Positions 9,350 to 17,913 of a stretch of 64,000 nucleotides of DNA are shown here, one piece after another. Below the pieces are notes generated by a model. It ran no database searches. It was not told the DNA's origin and worked only from the letters and a program-made list of their open reading frames with translations. The first letter of the stretch is position 1, and the number at the start of each line of letters is the position of its first letter. Location of the stretch: IMG/VR virus record IMGVR_UViG_3300025915_000014, positions 18,522-82,521 of that record; one strand, given 5' to 3'. The stretch comes from a virus. Its lineage: Duplodnaviria > Caudoviricetes. Position numbers and translations under genes: made by a program.

Positions 9350-12300
9350 TCACCTCCCGTACCGTCCCGCCATGCGCCGCAGCCGGGCCTGGTGCATGGC
9401 GGTCTGGATGATGCGTTCCGCGGTCGCGTAGGGGGATGTGGTGACGTTCACGGTGAGGCCGGGGTCGCCGCCCATCCCGGCCGCCGCCATCAGCTCACTG
9501 CTGCGGCCGGGCCGGGTCAGCGGCAGCACCATCTCCGGGCCGGACTCGCCGAGCAGCCCGAACGTGGGGCGGGTGATGATGCCGCCGTTGCCGTACCAGC
9601 CGTGGGCGCGGTGGAACGCCAGGGCCGCGTTCGGGTCGCCGTACTTGGTCTTGATGTAGTTGAGGCCCCACGCGGTCTGCCCGGCCACGGTCGGCTCGAT
9701 CGGGCCGTGCAAGGAGGTCATCTTCTGGAACAGCCCGCGGGCGGAGCTGGTCTTGTTGGCCGCGTTCGGGTCCCAGTTCGACTCCAGGCGGATGATCTCG
9801 GCGAGGGAGTTCCATTCGCCGTCGGAGCCCCACCCGTAGCCCGCGGCCAGGCGTTGCACGGTGGCCTGCACCTCACCGCCCGGGATGTTCATCGGCGCCC
9901 CGCCGCCGCCGCCGTCCCCGCCGATGTGCCAGCGCTGGGTGAAGTACGGGTTCGTGGCGCCCCACGCGGCCGGGGTGCCGACCTGCACCCCGTGGCCGTG
10001 CCCGGACGACTCCACGTTGACGCCCAGCAGCGTGCCCGCCATGTGATCGTTCGGCTTGTTCCCGACTTGCAGCCCCGGGCCGAGCCCCGACAGGAACCCC
10101 GCCCACGGCATCGAGGCGGTGGTGCCGCGCCGCGAGTTCGGCGGCCGACCCTGCATCACGTTGAGGATCCCCGAGATGAACCCGGAGCAGTCCCACGACG
10201 GGTTGCCGACCCCGCCCCACTGGTAGGGCTTGCCCTGCTGGGTGCGCGCCCAGTCCAGGGCGGCCTGCGCGTTCGCACCGCCGGAGAAGAGGTCGATGAG
10301 CTGCTTGGAGATGGCGATGACCATCGGCATCGCCGCCGCCGCCACCCGCAGCCCGGCGCCCAGCGACGCCGCCTCCGGGATGTCCTTGAGCGGCTGATAG
10401 CCGCCGAGGAACAACCCGCCCCCGGCGAAGTGCTGCTCGGCGAAGGGCCGCATGACGTCGTTGACGCTGCGCCCGCTCGCGTGCATATCGGAGACGGCGT
10501 GGATGCCGCCCATGGCGGCGGAGGTGTTGGCCTTCTTGATGTAGTCGACCCCGACGGCGCGGGCCCACTCGGGGCGCATGATGGCCTCGCCGCCGGACAG
10601 GTGCAGCACCCCGCCCGTGGGGGAGACGAAGGTGTGCACGTCCCGGCCGGGGGTGAACCCGGGCAGCGTCCCCCCGGTGTCGTAGCCGACGCCGGTCAGC
10701 CCCCCCGGCCCCATCTTGATCACGCCGCCGAGGGCGCCGCCGTGCGCGATGCGAACCAAGTCCGGGCCGCCGATGGCACCGAAGTTGGTCATCTCGCCCA
10801 TCTTCCCGTTGACGGTGATCCACACCGTCTTGTCGGGAAGGCCGGTGATCTGCGCGGCCATGTCCAGCAGCGCCTGCTTGACCGGGCCGTTCGCCTTGTC
10901 CGCGAGGCGTTGCAGCTCGTCCTTCTGCGCCTGCGCCTTCACCCCCGCGCTCGCGTGCGCGCCGCCGAGGTTGTCGAAGTTGGTCTTGGCGTCCAGCAAC
11001 GCCCCGTGCAGGGGCCCGGTCACCTGGGCCGCGAGTTCGCCGAGCTTGTCCTTCTGGAGACCGGCTTGCAGCGTCGCGGTGTTCGACGCCGCCTTGGACA
11101 CGTCGATGCCGTTCGCCATGTCCAGCAGCGCCTGCCGGGTCGGGCCGGTGGCCGCCGCCGCCAGCCGCAGCAGCTCATCCTTCTGCGCCTTCGCGGCCAG
11201 CTCGTCGCCGTTCGCCGCGCCCGCCGCGTCGGCGTCCGCCTTGGCCTTGTCCCCGGCCGCGCGGGCGACGTCGATGTCCGCCTTCTCGACGTCCCGGAAC
11301 GCCCGCTCGGCTTCGGTGGACGCCGCCCCGTGATCGGCGACCGCCTTGGCCGCGGCGTCCTGCGCGTCCTTGAGTCGATCAAGCGAGTCCTTGTAGGCAA
11401 GATCCTTGTCGACGATGTCGTTCTCGGCCCGCCACAGATCGAGAACCCGGTCGGTGTGGGTCTTGGTCGCGTCGGCGACATCCTTCTGCGCCGTCTTGAG
11501 ATCTTCGCTGGCCTTCTGGAGCCGTTGGGAGGCGTCGATGGCCTGCGGCGACTTGTCGCCGTAGTCGCGCACGGCCAGGGTGTAGTTCTCCTGCTCGCGC
11601 CGCACGGTCGCGGTGGCGGCTTGCAGCGGCGGCATCTGGGCGATCTGCGCATCCATCGCCCCGAGCAGGTTCTTGATCGCTTCGGCGTGGGTGTCGGCCG
11701 CGGTGGCGGCGGTGTTGGTCTGCCCGGTGAGGTCGCCGATGCCGCGGCCGACCACCTCTCCTTCGCCGCCCAGCTCCTGCATGACGTTCGTCTGGTTTTG
11801 CAGGGCCGAAGATTCCTTGTCCACCGCCGCGGTCAGCGACAGCGACCCGTCCAGCACCGACTGCGCCAGCGCGTCGGACTTGTCCTTCATCTGGTCGTAC
11901 AAGACCATCAGCCCGACGACCGCGGCCCCGACGATCGGCAGGTACTTCCCGACCGAACCCAGCGCGGAGGTGAGCCGCCCCGAGGCCGTCTCCGACACAC
12001 CGATGCTGGTCGCGAACCGCCCGAGGGTGACCCCGAGCGCGGTCACGGAGGCACCCACCACCTGGAAGCCCTTGAAGGCGAGCACGGCCGCGGTGACGGC
12101 CGGGCCGATCGGCCCGACGTTGTTCACGATGGCGATCGCGGCGGTCACGATGCCCTGCAACGGGGCCTGCAAGGTGTTCGCCTCGTCGGCCAGCGACTTG
12201 AGGGTCTTCCCGGCCAACTCGGTGATCACCGGTATCAGCGGCGCCACCACGGACGCGATATTGGAGAGCGCCGTGGCCGTCGCCTGCAACCCGCCGGTGT

Positions 12301-14158
12301 CCCCCGCGACCTTCAACGCGTTGAGGAGCTGTACCGCCAGCTCCTTCACCCCGGGCAGCAGGTTGTCGATGGTGTCGTTGATCGTCTTGAAGAACGAGGC
12401 CACCCCCGCCTGCCCGACGGGGGTCTTGAGCAGCTTGTCCAGCTCGCCGGTGATCTTCTCGACGTTGCTGAGGAAGTCGCCGCCGGACTGACCGGCCGCC
12501 TTGAAGACGGACACCAGGATGCCGCCGACGTTCCCGGCGATCTTCCCGAGCTGCTCGGTCCTGTCGACCGCAAGCTGCATCCACTGCTGGAGCTGCCCGG
12601 TCTCCCTGGCATGATCCACGAACTCGCGGACCTTGGCGGTGGCGTTCGCGAACCCCTGCGCCAGGCCCGGCAGGAACCCGGACCCGACCGTCGCCAGATC
12701 GGTGAAGACCGCGACCACGTCGGTGACCGCGCTTCCCAGGAACCCGGTGCTCTTGGTGGTGTTGTCGAAGATCGCGGCGATGTCGCGGCCGGTGGACGCC
12801 TTCGCGAAGAAGTCCCCGAGGGACTTCGCGACCCCGTTGAGCGACCCGGCCAGCCCGGTCATCCCGGTGTGCAGCACCGGGAGTTCCGTCGCCCCGAGCC
12901 GCTTGACGGTGTCGGACAGCCCCGCGAACAGGCGTTGCTGCACATCGACTTGCAGCGAGTCCCAGGCGGGTTTGAGCCCGCGCACCGCCAGCACCGTGTC
13001 CCGGGCGCTGGGCGCCAGCTTCGCCATCGCCTGCGCGAGCTGATCCGACGCCTTCGATCCGGTGGTCGCGGTCTGCTGGAGGGCCTGCGCCAACTGCCGC
13101 TGCGCATCCGAGACCTGCCGGGCCCCGTCGACCTGGGCCTGCTTGAGACCCTCCTGCGCGCTCTGCACCGAGCGGTTCGCGTCCTGCACGCCGCGCTGGG
13201 CCTGCACGACCTGCTTGCTGCCTTCGACCCCGGCGGCGTTGGCCTCTTGGGAGGCCTGCTGCACGTCCTTGTAGCGGTCGTGCGCCTCGGCCAACGCCTG
13301 GCTGGCCTCTTTGACCCCGAGCTCGGCCTCCCGTAGATCGAGCCCTTGCAGGCCCTTCGCGTGCGCCTCCGCGAGGTGCTGCTGCGCCCGTTCCAGGGCG
13401 ATCTGCGCGGCCTCCTCCGAGATGGCCGCCCCGGACAGCGACAGCTTGAGATCTTCGAGGTCGGCCTTGGCCTGCTTGCGGGCCTGGTTGAGGTTCTCCT
13501 GCGCGTACTGGGCCTGCCGCTGGGCCTGCGCGAGGGTGTCCTCCGCGCCCGCCACCCGCCGGTTCGCCGTCTCCTGCGCGACCGCCAGACCTTCCTGCGC
13601 GGATCGGATCCGCTCGGCGATCTGGAGGCGCTGCGCCCCGGTCTGCGCCGCGGTGTCCGCCGCCGCCTTGTCCGCGGCACCCATGGCCTTGAAGACCTCG
13701 GGGATGCCGGTCAGGCCGACCTTGAGCGTGGCGGCGACCGCGCCCGCCGCCGCCATCCCACCGGCCGCGACCCCCAGCAGCCCGGACAGGTCGGCGGCGG
13801 CCTGCGCGGCACTGATCAGGGTCGGGGCGAGCGCGACGATCCCCGCGGGCATCCGGAACGCCGCCAGGTTGCCCAACAGGCCGGTGATCTCCCGGAGCCG
13901 GTCACCTGCGGTGGGATCGACGTCGACCTTGGCGGTGGCGCGCTGCCCGTTGATGCGCCGCAACTGCTCCTCGACGGCCGCGAGCCGGGCCTCCGCCGCC
14001 GCGGTCTCGGCATCCACGTCGGCGCGGGCCCGGCGCCCGTCGATCCGATCAAGCCTCTCGGAGAGCCGTTCCAGCGTGCCCGCCAGGCCCTCGATGGCGG
14101 CGGCGGCGCGGGCGGTATTGGCGAGGATGTTGTAGCTCAGGTCGACCGTGCCAGCCAC
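9350..14158 (-). CDS. Tape measure protein with NlpC/P60 and lytic transglycosylase domains
   Basis: 1602 aa Ala-rich coiled coil; GKPYQWGG..WDCSGF..H; IRLESNWDPNAAN..SARGLFQ..YIKTKYG; follows tail chaperones. Confidence 0.92.
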   Translation of the reverse strand: MAGTVDLSYNILANTARAAAAIEGLAGTLERLSERLDRIDGRRARADVDAETAAAEARLAAVEEQLRRINGQRATAKVDVDPTAGDRLREITGLLGNLAAFRMPAGIVALAPTLISAAQAAADLSGLLGVAAGGMAAAGAVAATLKVGLTGIPEVFKAMGAADKAAADTAAQTGAQRLQIAERIRSAQEGLAVAQETANRRVAGAEDTLAQAQRQAQYAQENLNQARKQAKADLEDLKLSLSGAAISEEAAQIALERAQQHLAEAHAKGLQGLDLREAELGVKEASQALAEAHDRYKDVQQASQEANAAGVEGSKQVVQAQRGVQDANRSVQSAQEGLKQAQVDGARQVSDAQRQLAQALQQTATTGSKASDQLAQAMAKLAPSARDTVLAVRGLKPAWDSLQVDVQQRLFAGLSDTVKRLGATELPVLHTGMTGLAGSLNGVAKSLGDFFAKASTGRDIAAIFDNTTKSTGFLGSAVTDVVAVFTDLATVGSGFLPGLAQGFANATAKVREFVDHARETGQLQQWMQLAVDRTEQLGKIAGNVGGILVSVFKAAGQSGGDFLSNVEKITGELDKLLKTPVGQAGVASFFKTINDTIDNLLPGVKELAVQLLNALKVAGDTGGLQATATALSNIASVVAPLIPVITELAGKTLKSLADEANTLQAPLQGIVTAAIAIVNNVGPIGPAVTAAVLAFKGFQVVGASVTALGVTLGRFATSIGVSETASGRLTSALGSVGKYLPIVGAAVVGLMVLYDQMKDKSDALAQSVLDGSLSLTAAVDKESSALQNQTNVMQELGGEGEVVGRGIGDLTGQTNTAATAADTHAEAIKNLLGAMDAQIAQMPPLQAATATVRREQENYTLAVRDYGDKSPQAIDASQRLQKASEDLKTAQKDVADATKTHTDRVLDLWRAENDIVDKDLAYKDSLDRLKDAQDAAAKAVADHGAASTEAERAFRDVEKADIDVARAAGDKAKADADAAGAANGDELAAKAQKDELLRLAAAATGPTRQALLDMANGIDVSKAASNTATLQAGLQKDKLGELAAQVTGPLHGALLDAKTNFDNLGGAHASAGVKAQAQKDELQRLADKANGPVKQALLDMAAQITGLPDKTVWITVNGKMGEMTNFGAIGGPDLVRIAHGGALGGVIKMGPGGLTGVGYDTGGTLPGFTPGRDVHTFVSPTGGVLHLSGGEAIMRPEWARAVGVDYIKKANTSAAMGGIHAVSDMHASGRSVNDVMRPFAEQHFAGGGLFLGGYQPLKDIPEAASLGAGLRVAAAAMPMVIAISKQLIDLFSGGANAQAALDWARTQQGKPYQWGGVGNPSWDCSGFISGILNVMQGRPPNSRRGTTASMPWAGFLSGLGPGLQVGNKPNDHMAGTLLGVNVESSGHGHGVQVGTPAAWGATNPYFTQRWHIGGDGGGGGAPMNIPGGEVQATVQRLAAGYGWGSDGEWNSLAEIIRLESNWDPNAANKTSSARGLFQKMTSLHGPIEPTVAGQTAWGLNYIKTKYGDPNAALAFHRAHGWYGNGGIITRPTFGLLGESGPEMVLPLTRPGRSSELMAAAGMGGDPGLTVNVTTSPYATAERIIQTAMHQARLRRMAGRYGR

Positions 14159-14203
14159 CGCGGGGTCACCTCCTCAACAGAGGCCCCCCGCAGGGCCTGG
14201 GCC

Positions 14204-14419
14204 TTACCGGGCTTGCGTGCGTTCCTCCTCGTCGAAGGCGTCGCATTGTCGGGCGAACTGATCGAACTCGGCGATCCGCATCGCGTCGATCTGCCTCGGG
14301 TCCAGGTGGAACCGGAAGGCGATCGGCATCAGGTACCTCGCGACCCGACGCTCCGGGTCAGACCACGGCCCGAACACCCGGAGCAGTTCCCGCTCTATCC
14401 AGTCGTCGCCTTCTTTCCC
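14204..14419 (-). CDS. Frameshift-extended C-terminus of tail assembly chaperone (gpGT-like)
   Basis: -1 frame after slippery site reads EGDDWIERELLRVFGPWSD...MRIAEFDQFARQCDAFDEEERTQAR. Confidence 0.8.
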   Translation of the reverse strand, partial: GKEGDDWIERELLRVFGPWSDPERRVARYLMPIAFRFHLDPRQIDAMRIAEFDQFARQCDAFDEEERTQAR

Positions 14420-14718
14420 CCCTTGGCCCGAGGAGGGCGCGTGTTGATGTCCGTGACCGGCGGCGGCTCGTCGTCCTTCATCTCCATGTCGGCGATGTTC
14501 ATGTCGTCGAAGTCGCGCCAGTGCACCGCCTCGCCCGCGCGGCGGCGGGCCAGGTAGAGCGTGAAAACCATCGCGTCGACGTCGCCCTCTTTCATGCCGT
14601 TCGCGAAGGTCGCCAGCCCCATCCCGGTGAGCTTCTTCAGCTCCCGCGCCTCGCTCACCAGCAGCGTGTCGCCGTCGTAGGCGTACCACGGCTCGTCCGG
14701 CCCCTGCCTCACCAGCAT
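14395..14718 (-). CDS. Tail assembly chaperone (gpG-like)
   Basis: 107 aa between tail genes and tape measure gene; ends ...RAKGGKKATTG. Confidence 0.85.
   Translation of the reverse strand: MLVRQGPDEPWYAYDGDTLLVSEARELKKLTGMGLATFANGMKEGDVDAMVFTLYLARRRAGEAVHWRDFDDMNIADMEMKDDEPPPVTDINTRPPRAKGGKKATTG
14413..14419 (-). other. Programmed -1 frameshift slippery site GGGAAAG
   Basis: Read in frame as G-GGA-AAG, same heptamer as lambda G/GT. Confidence 0.85.
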
Positions 14719-14720
14719 CG

Positions 14721-15251
14721 TCAGTGCCTTCCTCCGTCGAGTTGCCGGGCGACCTCATCCATCGCCTCCAGGCAGGCGGCCTGGAAGTTCGCCCGATGGC
14801 TGCGCATGATCCGGTAGAACGGCGGCGGCATCTCCTGATGCACCCACGTCCACTCCTCGCGGGTCTCGTCCGCGCGCGCGTACACCGGGTGCCGCCAGCC
14901 CCGCCGGGACTCCCACGCCGCGGGCGCCCACCGCAGATCCTCGGGCAGCCGCCGCCGGTCCACGATGAACGAGATCGACGCCTTGTTCGCCGAGGACAGG
15001 ACCTGGAGCCGCACCGCCCCGGCCACCGCGGCGCGCGCCTGCACGCCCTGGCGGCGGGCCGGGGAGACGTCCGGTAGCGCCATGTAGGCGGCGCGTAGAT
15101 CCGTCACTACCGGGTCGGCGGCGCGGCGCATGGTGCGGCGCATCGCGTTCTGTAGGTCCCGCGCCCCGGCCTCCTTCAACTGCCGCGACAGGTTGCGGAA
15201 GATGTCGCCGCCGATCACCTCCAGCGAGATATCCGCCGTCGCCCGCGCCAT
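14721..15251 (-). CDS. Tail completion protein (HK97 gp10-like)
   Basis: 176 aa basic helical protein next to tail tube gene. Confidence 0.6.
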   Translation of the reverse strand: MARATADISLEVIGGDIFRNLSRQLKEAGARDLQNAMRRTMRRAADPVVTDLRAAYMALPDVSPARRQGVQARAAVAGAVRLQVLSSANKASISFIVDRRRLPEDLRWAPAAWESRRGWRHPVYARADETREEWTWVHQEMPPPFYRIMRSHRANFQAACLEAMDEVARQLDGGRH

Positions 15252-15252
15252 G

Positions 15253-16284
15253 TCAGAAGGTGACGTCGGTGGAGACGAGCCGCACCTGCACGGGCGCGTT
15301 CGTGCCGTCGTAGTAGGCCTCGAAGTCGGTGTTCATGCTCACGATGTCGGGCCCGGACACCTGCGGGGCGGCGGTCTTGAATTTGCACGCGGGCAGCGTG
15401 ATCTCCAGCAGGTCGTTGGACCCGGAGGTGGCGATCGCCGCGCCGGTCAGAATCATCTGCACGGCCGTGGTGACGTTGCCCGAGAAGGCGTCGTACAGCT
15501 CGGTCTTATTGAACTCGGCGGAGAACGACCCGGTGAGCGTCGGGATGGCGTTCTCGATCTGCTGCCCCTTGAGGCCCGCGTTGCCCAATCCGAACCGCTC
15601 GGTCGCCATCGGCGTGGTGCCGTGCACGGTCATTTGGTTGATGATCGTGGTCGGTGCGGTACCGCCCGCGATCGACACCTTGCCCGCGGTGGTGGTGGCG
15701 GTGCCGCCCAACTTGAGCTGCGCCCCGATGAACGAGAACACCCCGACCCCGGCCACGTAGGTGGGCGCGGCCAGCGCGGTCGCGGTGTCCTCGTTGCGCC
15801 CGTTGACGGTCAGGTTCAGCGACGGGATCGCGCCGTCGGACACCGAGAACTCCCACTCGGAGATCTTGCAACCGGAGTAGGTGAACGGCTTCACCGTGGC
15901 GCTCTGCGGCTCCGGGCGGCCCACCTGCACGGTCAGCCCCAACCCGCGGAAGTCGCCCGGCACGTGAACCTGCTCGTAGGCGGGCGCGGTCAACGCGGTC
16001 GGCGCGACGAGCGGCGAGCCGAGGGCGTGCTTCCACAGCAGCCCCATGCCCTTCGTGCCGTACTCCATCTGGAAGCCGCCCGCCACACTCCTGCGGGACT
16101 GGATGGTGCGCGCCGCCCGCTTGTAGCGCTGCCCCGCCCGGATACCGGCGCCATCCACGTAGGACGGTGACATGGCCATCGTCTCGGACAGAAACTCCAG
16201 GAACAGCGTCGGCGTCGCCGACGTCCCCCACGTCGTCTCGACCCCGACGCCCAGTTGTGCGTCCAGGCCCGAACCACTAGGCAT
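15253..16284 (-). CDS. Major tail tube protein
   Basis: MPSGSGLDAQLGVGVETTWG..PTLFLEFLSE..; ends FEAYYDGTNAPVQVRLVSTD. Confidence 0.85.
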   Translation of the reverse strand: MPSGSGLDAQLGVGVETTWGTSATPTLFLEFLSETMAMSPSYVDGAGIRAGQRYKRAARTIQSRRSVAGGFQMEYGTKGMGLLWKHALGSPLVAPTALTAPAYEQVHVPGDFRGLGLTVQVGRPEPQSATVKPFTYSGCKISEWEFSVSDGAIPSLNLTVNGRNEDTATALAAPTYVAGVGVFSFIGAQLKLGGTATTTAGKVSIAGGTAPTTIINQMTVHGTTPMATERFGLGNAGLKGQQIENAIPTLTGSFSAEFNKTELYDAFSGNVTTAVQMILTGAAIATSGSNDLLEITLPACKFKTAAPQVSGPDIVSMNTDFEAYYDGTNAPVQVRLVSTDVTF

Positions 16285-16564
16285 CGCTGGCCTTCCCTCC
16301 GCCGCCCTTGCGGCTGTCGGTCTTCTCTCCGACCGACCAGGACGCCTTCGGCCATGCGCGCACCTGCGGGTCCGGGTCGGCACTCTCGATGTCGGCCCCC
16401 GCAGGCCCGATCAGGTAGCGATCGTCGTTCTCGTCGAGCAGCACGCCGGGCACCGCCACGACGCCATCCGCGGCCACCGCGAATGAGCCGGGCACGCCGC
16501 TCGGCCCGAACACGTCCACATCCGCACCGCTCCGGTTGGTCAGTGTCACGGTCTCCTCGGCCAT
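16277..16564 (-). CDS. Hypothetical virion-operon protein
   Basis: 95 aa, RBS GGAGG, between terminator and tube genes. Confidence 0.65.
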   Translation of the reverse strand: MAEETVTLTNRSGADVDVFGPSGVPGSFAVAADGVVAVPGVLLDENDDRYLIGPAGADIESADPDPQVRAWPKASWSVGEKTDSRKGGGGKASDA

Positions 16565-16572
16565 CGCCCCTC

Positions 16573-17073
16573 CTACACGCGCGTCTCTACGTGGATGTCG
16601 AACTGGATGCGCGGCATGACCCCGCGCTCGTCATCGGTCGGAACGTAACTGGAGAAGGACCGCACGTCCGCGACCCACACCGGTGCGCCCCCCACGGTTC
16701 CGGTGACCATGCCCATCGACGGGTCGGCCTTGATGGTCGCGGTGATGGTGAGCCAGATGTCGTACAGCCGCGCCATCGCCGCGGCCATGGCCTCGCCGTC
16801 GGTCGCCCCGGTCAGGGTGAGGATGCAGCAGCGGACGTCGAACATGTCGTTCTGCGCGCGCTGCCCGAGCGCCGCCCAGTTCTGGGTGTGCTGCACCATC
16901 TCGAAATCCCCGGCCGGGTCTCCGTCATAGCCGACGAACACCGCGTCATCCGGGTCGCCGGAGTAGATCGGTCCCAGGTAGACATCGACCGAGTCGACGT
17001 AGTCGGGGTTCGCGTCCAGGGCGGTGCGCCACAGCTCGATGAGCCGCAGCATGGCCGGGTACGCGCGCGACAT
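16573..17073 (-). CDS. Tail terminator-like protein
   Basis: 166 aa acidic; synteny between adaptor and tail tube. Confidence 0.6.
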   Translation of the reverse strand: MSRAYPAMLRLIELWRTALDANPDYVDSVDVYLGPIYSGDPDDAVFVGYDGDPAGDFEMVQHTQNWAALGQRAQNDMFDVRCCILTLTGATDGEAMAAAMARLYDIWLTITATIKADPSMGMVTGTVGGAPVWVADVRSFSSYVPTDDERGVMPRIQFDIHVETRV

Positions 17074-17913
17074 TCAGCCCACCTGCGGGGCTTTGGGTGT
17101 CAGGAGCTGCACGATCCGGTACGGGATGGCGGTGCGCGCGACACGCACCTCCATGGCCGCCTCGGAGCCGCCCCCGGCGCCGCCGCCGACCCGCGGGCGT
17201 CCGCTCGCGCCCTGCCGGTTGGACCACAGCCATTGCAGCAGGTACTCGATGCCGCCGCGGGTGGACTCGCTGACCACTGCGGGCCCGGCCACGTAGGTGA
17301 CGCGGATCAGCCCCCACATGGCGGCCGGGCGCGCGCAGCGCAGGATGGAGAACTGGTCGGTCCAGATAGCGGGCGGCGCCACCGCCTCGATCACCGTCTG
17401 GTCGGGCTGGAGGCGTTCCATCAGGACCGGGCGGGCCACCGGCACGTTGGTCAGCCGGACCCCCTCATGCCAGCCGTAGGTGCGCAGCACCTCGACGAAC
17501 GTGCGCCGCGCGATGATCTCCCCGGAGATGCCCTCCGCGACCTCGGTGGCGCGGACGATCTCGGTGGAGATGGCCCGGTCGTGGCGGGTGTCGCTGTCGG
17601 GGATGTTCAGGATGTCCTTGCCCTCGGCCAGCGACAGGATCCCGACCGCCCCGGTGAGGCTGGCGTAGAAGCTGCCCTCGTAGGTGACCGCGGGCTGCTC
17701 GAACTGCCAGACGTAGGTGTAGGTGCCGGGCAGCTCGGGGACGTAGTCGAGCTGGTAGTGCCCGGTGACCGCGGGCGGGTTCAGCACGTCCAGGGTGGTG
17801 GTGGTGTCGTCGGGCAGGGTGAGCACGAGGCTGGCGGTGACCGCGTTCATGGGCGCCCCGGTGTCGCTGGTGACCGACGTCCCGAGCCGCACTACCTGGC
17901 CCACGCCGCTCAT
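17074..17913 (-). CDS. Head-to-tail adaptor with N-terminal Ig-like domain
   Basis: LSLAEGKDILNI..D..I..ATEVAE..G; VTYVAG; N-terminal beta-rich GHYQLDYVPELPGTYTYVW. Confidence 0.7.
   Translation of the reverse strand: MSGVGQVVRLGTSVTSDTGAPMNAVTASLVLTLPDDTTTTLDVLNPPAVTGHYQLDYVPELPGTYTYVWQFEQPAVTYEGSFYASLTGAVGILSLAEGKDILNIPDSDTRHDRAISTEIVRATEVAEGISGEIIARRTFVEVLRTYGWHEGVRLTNVPVARPVLMERLQPDQTVIEAVAPPAIWTDQFSILRCARPAAMWGLIRVTYVAGPAVVSESTRGGIEYLLQWLWSNRQGASGRPRVGGGAGGGSEAAMEVRVARTAIPYRIVQLLTPKAPQVG

Noticed and set aside
8198-13336. 1712-aa plus-strand ORF, and similar long ORFs at 1334-3559, 4531-6888, 18117-21278, 29008-30825 and 40698-43292
   Set aside because: Antisense shadows of real genes in GC-rich DNA; Arg/Gly/Pro/His-rich with no motifs
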